A stretch of 37,172 nt of DNA from an uncultured Spirochaetales bacterium (GCA_964474935.1 CAYYUT010000001.1:1-37172); one strand, 5' to 3'; shown: positions 24,396-33,243, counted from the stretch's first letter. Numbers and translations are program-made. The notes: generated from the letters alone by a model not told the origin.

Positions 24396-25982
24396 TCAAT
24401 TCCTGCGTCGTGAGCGCGGCGCCAGGGCGTTCAGCATCTTCTCGGTGGCGATCACGGCGGCCGCGAGCTGATCGGAGTCGACACCGAGGGTCGAGAAGCT
24501 CCCGCCCTCCGAACGGGGCGACTGCCAGCTGATGACCGTCTCCACGATCGCGGCCGTGCGTCCGCCCGGTGGGATCCGGACGCGAAAGTCGACCAGGCGG
24601 GGAACGGTCAGGCGGAGCTTGCGCGCCGCCTTCTTCAAGGCGTTCATGAAGGCGTCGTAGCCCCCATCGCCACCCGCCTTGGCCGCGGCGGTGCGCTTGC
24701 CTGCGCGGAGTCGGACCTCCGCCGTCGGAAGCCCGTCCGATGCGACCTCGACCCGGTAGTACTCGACCCGGATGCGATGCGCGTCGGGCGCCTTCAACAC
24801 GTCGGCGATGATGTAGGGAAGGTCCTCGGGCGTGACCGTGTGCTTGCGGTCGCCCAGCTCGACGATGCGCCGCAACACGAGCTCGCGCTCCTCGTCGCGC
24901 AGCTCGATCCCGAAGCGCTTCAGGTTGTGGTCGAGCGACGCCTTGCCCGAGAGCTTGCCGAGGGCATAACGGCGCTGGCGGCCGAATCGGTCCGGGGCGA
25001 GCTCGGTCTCGTAGAGGTTCGCCTTGGCGTCGCCGTCGGCGTGGATGCCGGCCGTCTGGGTGAAGGCGTCGCGTCCCACGATGGGCGCATTGGCCGGGAC
25101 GTCCTTGCCGCTGAAGGTCTCGACCATGCGCGAGATGGCGCCGAGGCGCGACTCGTCGACCCCGGTGCGGTGCCGGGTCTGGTCGTGCACCGCCGCCACG
25201 ATCTCGGCGAGGCGGGCGTTGCCGCTGCGCTCGCCCATGCCGTTCACGCTGGTGTGGATCCCGCGCGCGCCGGCCGCCACGGCGGCCAGACAATTCGCGG
25301 TGGCGAGTCCGTAGTCGTTGTGAGCGTGGAACTCGAAATGGATCTCGGGCCAGGTCGCGGTCATCAGTCCGACGAAGCGTTCCACCTCCCCTGGATTGAG
25401 CACCCCGAGCGTGTCGGGCAGATAGATCCTCTTCACGCGCAGCGACTCGAGCTCCTTCACCAGCGCGAACACGTAGTCGAAGGAATGACGCACGCCCTGC
25501 GACCAGTCCTCGAGATACACGTTCACCGTGAGACGCTTGCTTCGGGCGTAGCGGACGGTCTGGCTCACATCGCGCCGGTGGGCCTCCGGAGTACGCCGGA
25601 GCTGCTGTCGGCAGTGGTGCTCGCTGCCCTTCGTGAGCAGGTTGATCACCTTGCCTCCGACGCCCGTGATCCAGTCGACCGAGAGCTTGTGGTCGCAGTA
25701 GCCGAGCACTTCGATCCGCTGGAGGAGCTTCCGTTTGCGGGCCCAGGTGGTGATGCGTCGCGTGGCCGAGCGCTCCCCCTCGGAGACACGGGTCCCCGCG
25801 ACTTCGATACGGTCGACGCCGACGTCCTCGAGGAGCATGCGTGCGAGCTGGAGCTTCTCGGCCGGCGTGTAGGCGACGTCGGGTGTCTGCTCACCGTCGC
25901 GCAGCGTGGTGTCCATGATCTCGATGCGCTCGGCGGAGCTGTTCGACGCCCGGGTGGCGCCTCGGGAGGCGCTTCTCGACAT
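24396..25982 (-). CDS. cimA: (R)-citramalate synthase, Leptospira/Geobacter type (LeuA/homocitrate synthase family)
   Basis: The catalytic TIM-barrel motifs are IEIMDTTLRDGEQT, HFEFHAHNDYGLATAN and NGMGERSGNA. The long stretch LTKGSEHHCRQQL..VNVYLEDWS..PDTLGVLNP, plus the regulatory C-domain GDGGYDAFMNALKK..RIPPGGRTAAIVETVISW, follows the Leptospira CimA sequence as I remember it closely. ATG at 25982 after GAGGAA. An alternative start lies at the MDTTLRDGEQ Met. Confidence 0.75.
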   Translation of the reverse strand: MSRSASRGATRASNSSAERIEIMDTTLRDGEQTPDVAYTPAEKLQLARMLLEDVGVDRIEVAGTRVSEGERSATRRITTWARKRKLLQRIEVLGYCDHKLSVDWITGVGGKVINLLTKGSEHHCRQQLRRTPEAHRRDVSQTVRYARSKRLTVNVYLEDWSQGVRHSFDYVFALVKELESLRVKRIYLPDTLGVLNPGEVERFVGLMTATWPEIHFEFHAHNDYGLATANCLAAVAAGARGIHTSVNGMGERSGNARLAEIVAAVHDQTRHRTGVDESRLGAISRMVETFSGKDVPANAPIVGRDAFTQTAGIHADGDAKANLYETELAPDRFGRQRRYALGKLSGKASLDHNLKRFGIELRDEERELVLRRIVELGDRKHTVTPEDLPYIIADVLKAPDAHRIRVEYYRVEVASDGLPTAEVRLRAGKRTAAAKAGGDGGYDAFMNALKKAARKLRLTVPRLVDFRVRIPPGGRTAAIVETVISWQSPRSEGGSFSTLGVDSDQLAAAVIATEKMLNALAPRSRRRN

Positions 25983-26207
25983 GGTGTTCCTCGCGCGGGA
26001 GTTCGGGCGGACGCTCGCCCCGGGGCTCGCCCCGACCCACCGTAGCGCTCTCGGAGGCTGCGGGGTGGGGGATGGGGCCGGTGGGTGACCGGCCGTGGGA
26101 CGAACCGCCCTTCGTCGCGATGCTCCGGTGGGGCGACCGACGGGTGCGAGCGACCGAACCGTGCGAGGTGTCGACAGGCGCTGGCAGGTCGAGCAGTCTG
26201 GGCGCCC

Positions 26208-27203
26208 ATGTCGGAGCACGAGCAGGACATCGCCGAGGCCGCCGGGCCCGATGAACCCGCCGAGATCGCGGAGCCCGGCCAGGGCGCGGGCGAGCAGCAC
26301 CTCGTGGTGGCCGCCGACGAGGCCGGGGGCCGTCTCGACGTCTTCCTCGCCTCGCGCCTCGCGCTCTCGCGGGCCCAGGTGCGTCGCCTGCTCGCGCGCG
26401 GCGAGGTCCGGCTCGGAGACGACCGCGTGGACGAGCGCGCCAAGGGATGGACGCTCGAGGCCGGCACCCGGGTGAGCGTCCGGGCCTTCGTCCACCCGAG
26501 CCAGTTCGCGATCGAGCCGGAGCCCGACCTGCGCGTCGAACGCCTTGCCGAGGGACCCGGCTGGTTGGTGGTGGACAAGCCCGCCGGGATGCCCGTGCAC
26601 CCCTTCGAGCCCGACGAGCGGGGCAGCGTGGCGGGCGCCGTCATCGCGCGCCATCCCGAGATGCACGGGGTGGGCGAGGGTGGGCTGCGAAGCGGCGTCG
26701 TGCACCGGCTCGACGTCGAGACGTCGGGCGCGCTCCTGTTCGCGCTCGATCAGCGCACCTGGGAGCGGCTCCGCAGTGCCTTCCGCGACCGCCGCGTCGA
26801 GAAGCGCTACCGCGCGCTGGTGCTGGGCCAGCCCGACGAGGCCGGACGCGTCGAGCTCCCTCTCGCGGTGGTGCAGCACAAGCCTGCGCGGGTGGCCGTG
26901 GTCGAACGCTCGCGCCACGTGGGCCGACTGGCCTGGCGGGTGCTCGAGCGCTTCCGGGAGGCCTGTCTGCTCGAGGTGTCCCTCGAGACCGGTTTCCTCC
27001 ACCAGATCCGCGCGAGCCTCGCGCACCGGGGCTTCCCGGTCGCCGGCGACCGGACCTACGCCGCCCCGTCGGTCGCCGACCCGACGGGCGCAGGGCGCCA
27101 GATGCTCCACAGCGCCCGCATCGCCCACGACGAGATCGTGGCCGAGAGCCCCGATCCCGACGACTTCGCGGCGCTCGTCGAGCGCCTGCGGTCCGGCGGA
27201 TAG
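26208..27203 (+). CDS. RluA-family (RluD-like) pseudouridine synthase with N-terminal S4 domain
   Basis: ATG at 26208. S4-like segment RLDVFLASRLALSRAQVRRLLARGEVRL. The catalytic motif HRLDVETSGALLFA contains the conserved Asp. Also carries KRYRALV and GFLHQIRASLA. Confidence 0.8.
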   Translation: MSEHEQDIAEAAGPDEPAEIAEPGQGAGEQHLVVAADEAGGRLDVFLASRLALSRAQVRRLLARGEVRLGDDRVDERAKGWTLEAGTRVSVRAFVHPSQFAIEPEPDLRVERLAEGPGWLVVDKPAGMPVHPFEPDERGSVAGAVIARHPEMHGVGEGGLRSGVVHRLDVETSGALLFALDQRTWERLRSAFRDRRVEKRYRALVLGQPDEAGRVELPLAVVQHKPARVAVVERSRHVGRLAWRVLERFREACLLEVSLETGFLHQIRASLAHRGFPVAGDRTYAAPSVADPTGAGRQMLHSARIAHDEIVAESPDPDDFAALVERLRSGG

Positions 27204-27208
27204 TTTCG

Positions 27209-27751
27209 ATGCAGGTGCTGGTGGTCGTGGCTTCGGCGAGCGGTCGCACGCGACGCCTGGCCGAAGCCGTCGTCGAGGGGGTCCGCGAGGCCGGCGCCGA
27301 CGTCGGGCTCCGGAGCTGCGAGGAGGCGACCGCCGAGGATCTCGCCGACGCCGACGCCGTGATCCTCGGGAGCGGGGTCCACATGGGCGGGCCCGAGGCG
27401 GCGATGCGGCGCTTCCTGGAGGAGACCTCGGCCCAGTGGCTGGCGGGCTCGCTCGCCGGCAAACTCGGCGCGGCCTTCGTCTCGGCCGGCACCGGCGGCC
27501 GGGGCGGAGCCGAGCTCACCCTGATCTCGCTCCTCGCCGGCCTGGCCGAGCACGGCATGCTGCTGGTCTCGATGCCCAACCGGCTGGCCGGATTCCGCGA
27601 CGCGGGATGCCATTGGGGCCCGGTGGCCTGGACCCATCCGAGAGAGGGACGTCCGGGACCGACCGCCGGGCACCTGGAGGCGGCGCGCGCCCACGGGCGC
27701 CACGTGGCGGAATGCGCCGCGCGCTGGCGGCGCGGCGCCGGGTCCCGTTGA
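27209..27751 (+). CDS. Flavodoxin-like fold protein (WrbA/NAD(P)H:quinone oxidoreductase-like)
   Basis: ATG at 27209, 5 nt after the preceding stop. The N-terminal flavodoxin signature is MQVLVVVASASGRTRRLAEAV, followed by DADAVILGSGVHMGG. Confidence 0.65.
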   Translation: MQVLVVVASASGRTRRLAEAVVEGVREAGADVGLRSCEEATAEDLADADAVILGSGVHMGGPEAAMRRFLEETSAQWLAGSLAGKLGAAFVSAGTGGRGGAELTLISLLAGLAEHGMLLVSMPNRLAGFRDAGCHWGPVAWTHPREGRPGPTAGHLEAARAHGRHVAECAARWRRGAGSR

Positions 27752-28438
27752 TCAGTCGCCGACGGGCTCGGCGAAGCGGGCGATCTCGGCATCGCCCACC
27801 AGCGCCTTCGCGGCGGCGGCCGCGTCCGCCTCGGGCGCGAGCCGAACGCGGTAGCGCCCGAACGCCGTCGGCCCTGCGATCACCTCGCCGCCCACCGCCT
27901 CGAGCGCCGTCTGGATCTCGGCGGCCGTGGCGGTGTCGCGGAAGACCACGTCGATCTCGGGGGCCAGGCTCACCGTGGGGCGCTCGCGTCCCACCAGCGG
28001 GCCCTCCAGATCGGCCGGGCCCGGGGGCTGGCTGAAGAGCCAACCCGCGAACAGTGCGAGGCCCAAGAAGGATGCTGCCACGGGGAGGCCGCGCGAGAGC
28101 GCCACCGGCGCCCCGAAGCCGGGCAGGTTGAGCTCGCGATCGCGGAGCCAGGCGAGCGCGCGCCGGGGCCGCGGCTGCTCGCGGCGGGCGGCGAAGCGTT
28201 CCGCGTCCTCCACCTCGATCTCCGCCAGGACGCGCTCGAAGAGGGTGTCGGCCGGTACCGCGATCGGCTCGTCGGCGTCGCCCCGGGCCATGGCCTCGAG
28301 CTCGCGTCGGCAGTCGGGACACTCGGCCGCATGCGACTCGACGCGGCGCCGCTCCTCGACCGAGAGGCCGGCGTCCGGGTACCACGGAACCAGGCCGAGC
28401 ACCTCGGGCGGACAGCCCGCCTCCGAGGTATCGCTCAC
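27752..28438 (-). CDS. Anti-sigma factor (zf-HC2 type), single-pass membrane protein
   Basis: The GTG at 28438 overlaps the sigma-factor stop (GTGA). It has an H-x3-C-x2-C zinc-binding motif (HAAECPDCRREL), a TM helix (LPVAASFLGLALFAGWLF) and a roughly 100-aa extracytoplasmic C-domain. Confidence 0.75.
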   Translation of the reverse strand: MSDTSEAGCPPEVLGLVPWYPDAGLSVEERRRVESHAAECPDCRRELEAMARGDADEPIAVPADTLFERVLAEIEVEDAERFAARREQPRPRRALAWLRDRELNLPGFGAPVALSRGLPVAASFLGLALFAGWLFSQPPGPADLEGPLVGRERPTVSLAPEIDVVFRDTATAAEIQTALEAVGGEVIAGPTAFGRYRVRLAPEADAAAAAKALVGDAEIARFAEPVGD

Positions 28439-29070
28439 GGTCGTGCCCCCAGGCGACCGACGCGCCCGTCGCCCGCCGCGCTTCGGGTGGATCGCTGTGC
28501 CAGCTCGCGCCGGAGTCGTGTCCGGGCCCGCGCCACCTGGGTCTTGATGGTCGCCTCGGGGACACCGAGTCGATCGGCGATCTCGCTGTATGCGAGTCCC
28601 TCGTAGAACGCCATCTCGATCACCCTTCGGTAGCGCTCGGGAAGACCCTTCACGGCCTCGCGCACGCGTCGGACCTCTTCGCGCGCCTCGAGATTCTCGG
28701 CCGCGTCGGTAGGATCGGCGTTCCGCGAGAGGGTCTCGAAATCCACCGGGATCACCTTGGCCCGCTTGTCTCGGCCCGCCGCGCGTCGTGCGGCCAGCGC
28801 CCGGTAGTGGGCGATCCCGTAGATCCAGGTCGAGGGTCGCGAGCGTCCCTCGAAGTTCCTCGCGTTGCGCCAGATCTCGGTGAAGATCTCCACGGTGGTG
28901 TCCTCTGCGGAGCCGAGTCCGCCGAGTCTCCGACTCACGAATGCGTATACGCGGGGGTAGTAGCGCTTGAACAGGTCCCGAAAGGCGTCGAGCTCGTCCC
29001 GGGCGACCCGCGCGAGGAGCTCGCGGTCCGTCCGATCCCAATCTTCGCGGCTCTGCGCCCCGACCTGCAT
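28435..29070 (-). CDS. ECF (group 4) RNA polymerase sigma-70 family factor
   Basis: The ATG at 29070 is preceded by AAGGAG 5 nt upstream. Region 2 is FRDLFKRYYPRVYAFVSRRL...AEDTTVEIFTEIW. Region 4 HTH is LPERYRRVIEMAFYEGLAYSEIADRLGVPEATIKTQVARARTRLRREL. Confidence 0.85.
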   Translation of the reverse strand: MQVGAQSREDWDRTDRELLARVARDELDAFRDLFKRYYPRVYAFVSRRLGGLGSAEDTTVEIFTEIWRNARNFEGRSRPSTWIYGIAHYRALAARRAAGRDKRAKVIPVDFETLSRNADPTDAAENLEAREEVRRVREAVKGLPERYRRVIEMAFYEGLAYSEIADRLGVPEATIKTQVARARTRLRRELAQRSTRSAAGDGRVGRLGARP

Positions 29071-29194
29071 CCGCGCTCCTTCTGGGTTTCCCCAGGCCCC
29101 CCGATGGTTCCAGAAACTCGTCGCGGCGCCAGCGAGGGCCGGGATGCGGGTTCGCCATGGCTCCGGAGCATCGGATCCGCCTAGACTCCGAGCC

Positions 29195-29713
29195 ATGTCG
29201 CTCGAGCCCAAGGTCTGCCCCGAGTGTCGGGCCGAGTTCGTGCACACGGCACTCGCCTGCAGCGACTGCGGCGCCGACCTCGTGCTCGCCTCGGAGGTCC
29301 ACCGGGGGCTCGGGGGCGCCGGGCGGCCGATGCCGGGCGATCTGGTGCTGCTCCGCGCGGAGGGGCCGGCCTGGATCGAGGCGCTCGGCGAGAGGCTCGA
29401 GGACGCCGGGATTCCCTGCTGGACCGCGCTGATCGATCCCGAGCGGGCGCCGGGGCGGGCGGGCGCATGCGCGTTGCACGTGCGCACGTCCGACATCGCG
29501 CGGGCGCGAGAGATCGACGCCGCCCTCGAGCACGAGCAGATCCCGGATCTCGCCGACCTGCGTGGCCCGGCCGGCGAGGGGGCGGCGCACCCCGGGCCCG
29601 GTCCGAGCGCGGGCGACGAGGCCGACGAAGCCTGCCCGGCCTGCGGTGCCGGCCTCGGTGCTCCCGGCGACGAGGCCCCGGAGTGCCCCGACTGCGGGCT
29701 CTTCTTCGGCTGA
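29195..29713 (+). CDS. Hypothetical protein with zinc-ribbon-like CxxC pairs at both termini
   Basis: ATG at 29195, with high GC3. The N-terminus is CPECRAEF...CSDCGADL and the C-terminus is CPACGAGL...CPDCGLFFG. The central segment (LVLLRAEGPAWIEALGERLEDAGIPCW) resembles small DUF2007-like domains. It is divergent from the ECF sigma gene. Confidence 0.55.
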   Translation: MSLEPKVCPECRAEFVHTALACSDCGADLVLASEVHRGLGGAGRPMPGDLVLLRAEGPAWIEALGERLEDAGIPCWTALIDPERAPGRAGACALHVRTSDIARAREIDAALEHEQIPDLADLRGPAGEGAAHPGPGPSAGDEADEACPACGAGLGAPGDEAPECPDCGLFFG

Positions 29714-29732
29714 CCCCGGGGCCCGGTCCTCC

Positions 29733-29752
29733 GAGCGGGCCTCGGCCCGCTC
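29733..29752. terminator. GC-rich hairpin between convergent genes (candidate terminator, no U-tract)
   Basis: gagcgggc (29733-29740), loop ctcg, gcccgctc (29745-29752): a perfect 8-bp stem. It lies between the zinc-ribbon gene stop (29713) and the O-methyltransferase stop (29772). Confidence 0.35.
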
Positions 29753-29771
29753 TGGGGATCTCGCGGCCCGA

Positions 29772-30434
29772 CTAGCGCTTGCGGAGGAGGGTGAGCCCGT
29801 CCGAGATCGGGAGCATCACGCGGTCGACGCGCACGTCGCTGGCGACGGCGGCGTTGAAGCGCCGGATCGCCTCGGTCTGCTCGTCCTGGATGCTCGGGTC
29901 GGCCACCCGACCCATCCAGAGCACGTTGTCCACCAGGATCACGCCGCCCGGCCGCAGACGCGCCAGGATCTCCTCGTAGTAGGTCGGGTAGCCCGACTTG
30001 TCGGCGTCGATGAAGGCGAGATCGAAGGCCTCGGCCCGGGGCAGCGCGGCGAGGGTCTCGGCCGCCGGTCCGAGGCGGAGCTCGATCTTCGGGTCGACGC
30101 CGGCCCGCTTCCAGAAGCGCCGCGCCACCTGGGTCCACTCGTCCGAGACGTCGCAGCACAGGAGCCGGCCGTCGTCGGGAAGTCCGCGGGCGATGCAGAG
30201 CGCCGAGTAGCCCGTGAAGGTTCCCACCTCGATGGCTCGACGCGCCCCGATGGCGCGCGCGAGCAGGGTCATGAATGCGCCCTGCTCGGGGGCGATCTGC
30301 ATGATCGAGATGCCCCCGAGCGCCTCGGTCTCTTCGATCAGGGCGCGCTGGATCTCGTCGGGCGGCGAGCCGTGCTCGAGCATGTAGCGATGCACGTCGG
30401 GTGCGAGCTGGTGCGACTTCGGCACCTCGCTCAC
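29772..30434 (-). CDS. Class I SAM-dependent O-methyltransferase (caffeoyl-CoA O-methyltransferase-like, family 3)
   Basis: Carries IAPEQGAFMTLLARAIGARRAIEVGTFTGYSALCIA, FDLAFIDADK and GGVILVDNVLW. The GTG at 30434 overlaps the stop of the upstream TPR gene (GTGA). Confidence 0.8.
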   Translation of the reverse strand: MSEVPKSHQLAPDVHRYMLEHGSPPDEIQRALIEETEALGGISIMQIAPEQGAFMTLLARAIGARRAIEVGTFTGYSALCIARGLPDDGRLLCCDVSDEWTQVARRFWKRAGVDPKIELRLGPAAETLAALPRAEAFDLAFIDADKSGYPTYYEEILARLRPGGVILVDNVLWMGRVADPSIQDEQTEAIRRFNAAVASDVRVDRVMLPISDGLTLLRKR

Positions 30435-30763
30435 GAGCCCTTGCCCTGCTGCCGGAGGTTGGCCTGCATGGCGCGGGCCTTCATGTCCTCGGCCTCGGGG
30501 ATCATTCCCTTCTGCTGGTAGTAGATCGAGAGGTTCGTGTACCCGAGCGGGTCGTCGGGATCGAGCGCGACGAGCTTCTCTCCGGCCTCGATGGCCCCGT
30601 CGACGTCGCCGAGGCGCGAGAGCGCCATCCCGAGCGCATTCCATGCGATCGCGAGCGCGGGATCGGCGGCGACCGCCTCCCGGTACTTCGCAACGGCGTC
30701 GTCGTAGCGTTCTTCGATGTAGTGGCCGAAGCCTTCCTTGTAGAGCTGGCGTGCGGTGGACAT
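30431..30763 (-). CDS. Small TPR-repeat protein (110 aa)
   Basis: ATG at 30763 (MSTARQLYKEGFGHYIEERYDDAVAKYREAVAADPALAIAWNALGMALSRLGDVDGAIEAGEKLVALDPDD), giving about three TPR units. An alternative ATG lies at 30778. Confidence 0.65.
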   Translation of the reverse strand: MSTARQLYKEGFGHYIEERYDDAVAKYREAVAADPALAIAWNALGMALSRLGDVDGAIEAGEKLVALDPDDPLGYTNLSIYYQQKGMIPEAEDMKARAMQANLRQQGKGS

Positions 30764-30787
30764 GGCGCGAGTATACATTCGCGCGCC

Positions 30788-31855
30788 GTGGGCACGCGGG
30801 CGGCGGCAGACCTCTCGTTCGGACGTCTCGCGCACACCGAGCGCGAGAGCCTGCTCGATCTCCTCGATCTCTGGCCCGTCGACGCCCCCTGGCGTTCGCG
30901 GGACTTCTTCGCCCGCTACGTCGAGACCGACCCCCGCTTCCGCGACGAGGACGTCTGGGTCGCGCGCCGCGCCGGTCGCCTCGTCGGGTGCGTCCAGATC
31001 TTTCCGCGCACGATCCGCATCGAGGGCGCCCGCGTGGCGATCGGGGGCATCGGGAGCGTCTTCACGCACCCCGACGAGCGGGGCGCCGGGATCGCCAGCG
31101 ACCTGATGCGCCGTGTCGAGCGCGACCTGGCCGCACGCGGGATGCCCCTCGGACTGCTCTTCGCCGGCCCGGTTCCGTTCTACGAGGCGCTCGGATGGTG
31201 GTCGTGGCCCGTCCGGCGCCCGCTGCTCCGTCCGGCCGCCGCCAGCGCCGACCCGTCCCCGCCCGCCGAGGTGAGTCTCCAGGCCTTCGACCCGGTTCGC
31301 GATCTGGCCGAGGTGGACGCGATCCACGCCGAGTATTCGCGCGAGCGCCGCGGCACGCTGGTGCGGGACCGCGCCGGCTGGGAGGCGAGTCTCCGGGTGG
31401 CCGGGAATCCGCGCGAGGAGTTCCGCGTGGCGCGTGCCGGGGAAGAGGTGATCGCGTACCGGCGGACGATCGCGCTCTCGGGCTGCCAGGTGGTGAGCGA
31501 GTTCGGCCGCCGCGAGACGCCGCGGGCCGCCGAGGCCCTCGCGGCCCTCCTGTCCGAGTGCCTCGCGCCCCTCGACCCCGACCCGATCCTGCCCCCCGGC
31601 CGCACTTCGCACGAGCTGCGCGCCTGGGCCGCGGCGCCGCCGTTCCTCGACGGGGCGCTCGAAGCCGCGCTCGCCCGCGCGGGCGTCGAGTGGAGCCATG
31701 CCGACGACGGCACGGGCATGTGGCGTCTCACCGATCCCGACGCGCTCGCTTGGGTCACCGGCGACGCCCCGCGTCCCGGTGAGACCGGGCGCGCCTGGCT
31801 CGAACGTCTGCTCCCACCCGAGACGCTCGCCTTCTGGCCGTCCGATCGCTTCTGA
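30788..31855 (+). CDS. GNAT acetyltransferase with extended C-terminal domain (Eis-like architecture)
   Basis: The acetyl-CoA binding motif region is IGGIGSVFTHPDERGAGIASDLMRRV. It is followed by a second GNAT-like region and a C-terminal region of about 200 aa. The GTG at 30788 is the first in-frame start after the divergent TPR gene, and the start is uncertain. Confidence 0.6.
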   Translation: MGTRAAADLSFGRLAHTERESLLDLLDLWPVDAPWRSRDFFARYVETDPRFRDEDVWVARRAGRLVGCVQIFPRTIRIEGARVAIGGIGSVFTHPDERGAGIASDLMRRVERDLAARGMPLGLLFAGPVPFYEALGWWSWPVRRPLLRPAAASADPSPPAEVSLQAFDPVRDLAEVDAIHAEYSRERRGTLVRDRAGWEASLRVAGNPREEFRVARAGEEVIAYRRTIALSGCQVVSEFGRRETPRAAEALAALLSECLAPLDPDPILPPGRTSHELRAWAAAPPFLDGALEAALARAGVEWSHADDGTGMWRLTDPDALAWVTGDAPRPGETGRAWLERLLPPETLAFWPSDRF

Positions 31856-31945
31856 TCCCGCGTCGTACGCCACGCGCGCGCCTTCGCCGAGACGTCGCCG
31901 ACTTCTCCCCGGACGCCGCGTTCGTTCGGGCTAAGCTCCGCCCCG

Positions 31946-33235
31946 ATGTCGTGGACCACGCTCTGGCGATCGATCCTCGCGAACCTGTTCACGATCGTGG
32001 TCGTGCTGCTCGGGCTCTTCCAGGTGCTGATCGGGCACTGGGTGGTGGTCGTCTTCGCCGGCCGCGAGGGGCCCGGTCTGGCGCTCGGTCTCGTACTGGG
32101 AGCCGGGCTCGTCGGGCTCCAGCTCGCCGCCTTTCCCGCCATCCGGCGCGCGGCGCGCGGTCGCGGTCTGGTGCGTCGCCTCGCCCGCGCCTATCTCGCC
32201 GTGGGCGTCGTCACGATCTTCGTCGGGCTGGTGATCTCGTTCTCCTGGCTCGGCTTCTTCCCGCTCGCCGGTCTGCTCCAGCTCGTCGGGGTGGGGCCCG
32301 AGGCCGCGTACACGATCTTCCGGATCGGGAGCGCCGCGGTGGTCGGGCTCCTGGTCGGGATGTTCGTGTGGGGCTTCACCGGAGGGCAGTGGCGGGTGGA
32401 GCGAACGCATGTGGCGGTGCCGATCGAGGGCCTCGCCGCGGAGGCGCGCGGCCTGCGCATCGTGCAGCTCTCGGACCTCCACATCGGGAACGGGCTCGAA
32501 GGGCCTCGGCTCGAGCGACTGGTCGCCGCGGTGAACGCCCTCGACGCCGATCTCGTGGTCCTGACGGGCGACATCTTCGACTACGAGCCCCGCTTCGTGG
32601 AGGACGGAGCGCGTCGGCTCGGGGGGCTGCGTGCCCGCCGGGGTGTCTACGGCGTGCTCGGCAACCACGACGTCTACACCGGCAAGGAGCTCGTGGTCGA
32701 TGCACTCGCCCGGCTCGCTCCCGATCTGAAGCTCCTGCGGGGCGAGGTGGTGCCGGTTCCGGGCGTGCCGCTCTTCATCGCCGGGGTGGACGATCCGGGC
32801 CGCGACTGGACCGTCACCAACATGGTCATGGAGGACCTCGACGCGCTCGCGCACGAGCTTCCGGACGACGCTCCGACACTCCTGCTCGTGCACCGACCCG
32901 AAGCCTTCCCCCACGCGGCCCGGATCGGGTTCCCGCTCGTACTGGCCGGACACACGCACGGCGGCCAGCTCGCGATTCCCTCACCGAGCGGACGCTGGAA
33001 TCTGGCGCGCTTCGTGACCCGCTTCGACCGCGGCCTGCACCGGATCGGGCGCTCCGTGCTGTACGTGAATCGCGGGATCGGCGTCGCCGGGCCCTCGATC
33101 CGACTCGGGGCGCTGCGCGAGATCGCCACGATCGAGCTCGTGGCGCCGCATCCCGCCGAGGCGCCCGAGACGACCGACCCCGCAGGACGCGCCGCACGCG
33201 AGCTCGAGGCGCTCGCGGTGGCCGGTGGCTCGTAG
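31946..33235 (+). CDS. Membrane-anchored calcineurin-like metallophosphoesterase
   Basis: ATG at 31946. The N-terminus has about 4-5 TM helices. The phosphoesterase motifs are QLSDLHIG, LTGDIFD, GNHD and AGHTHGGQ. Confidence 0.8.
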   Translation: MSWTTLWRSILANLFTIVVVLLGLFQVLIGHWVVVVFAGREGPGLALGLVLGAGLVGLQLAAFPAIRRAARGRGLVRRLARAYLAVGVVTIFVGLVISFSWLGFFPLAGLLQLVGVGPEAAYTIFRIGSAAVVGLLVGMFVWGFTGGQWRVERTHVAVPIEGLAAEARGLRIVQLSDLHIGNGLEGPRLERLVAAVNALDADLVVLTGDIFDYEPRFVEDGARRLGGLRARRGVYGVLGNHDVYTGKELVVDALARLAPDLKLLRGEVVPVPGVPLFIAGVDDPGRDWTVTNMVMEDLDALAHELPDDAPTLLLVHRPEAFPHAARIGFPLVLAGHTHGGQLAIPSPSGRWNLARFVTRFDRGLHRIGRSVLYVNRGIGVAGPSIRLGALREIATIELVAPHPAEAPETTDPAGRAARELEALAVAGGS

Positions 33236-33243
33236 CCAGACCC

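Noticed and set aside
25983-26207. Possible leader peptide or attenuator upstream of cimA
   Set aside because: I could not identify a short ORF enriched in Ile/Leu codons or a terminator/antiterminator pair by eye. Only a C-rich tract is evident, so it is left as a question in the cimA finding.
29106-29111. GGAAC(C) on the minus strand upstream of the ECF sigma gene as an autoregulated ECF -35 element
   Set aside because: I found no convincing -10 (CGTC/TC-type) element at 16-17 nt, and the resulting leader would be very short. It is mentioned only as a lead in the ECF finding.
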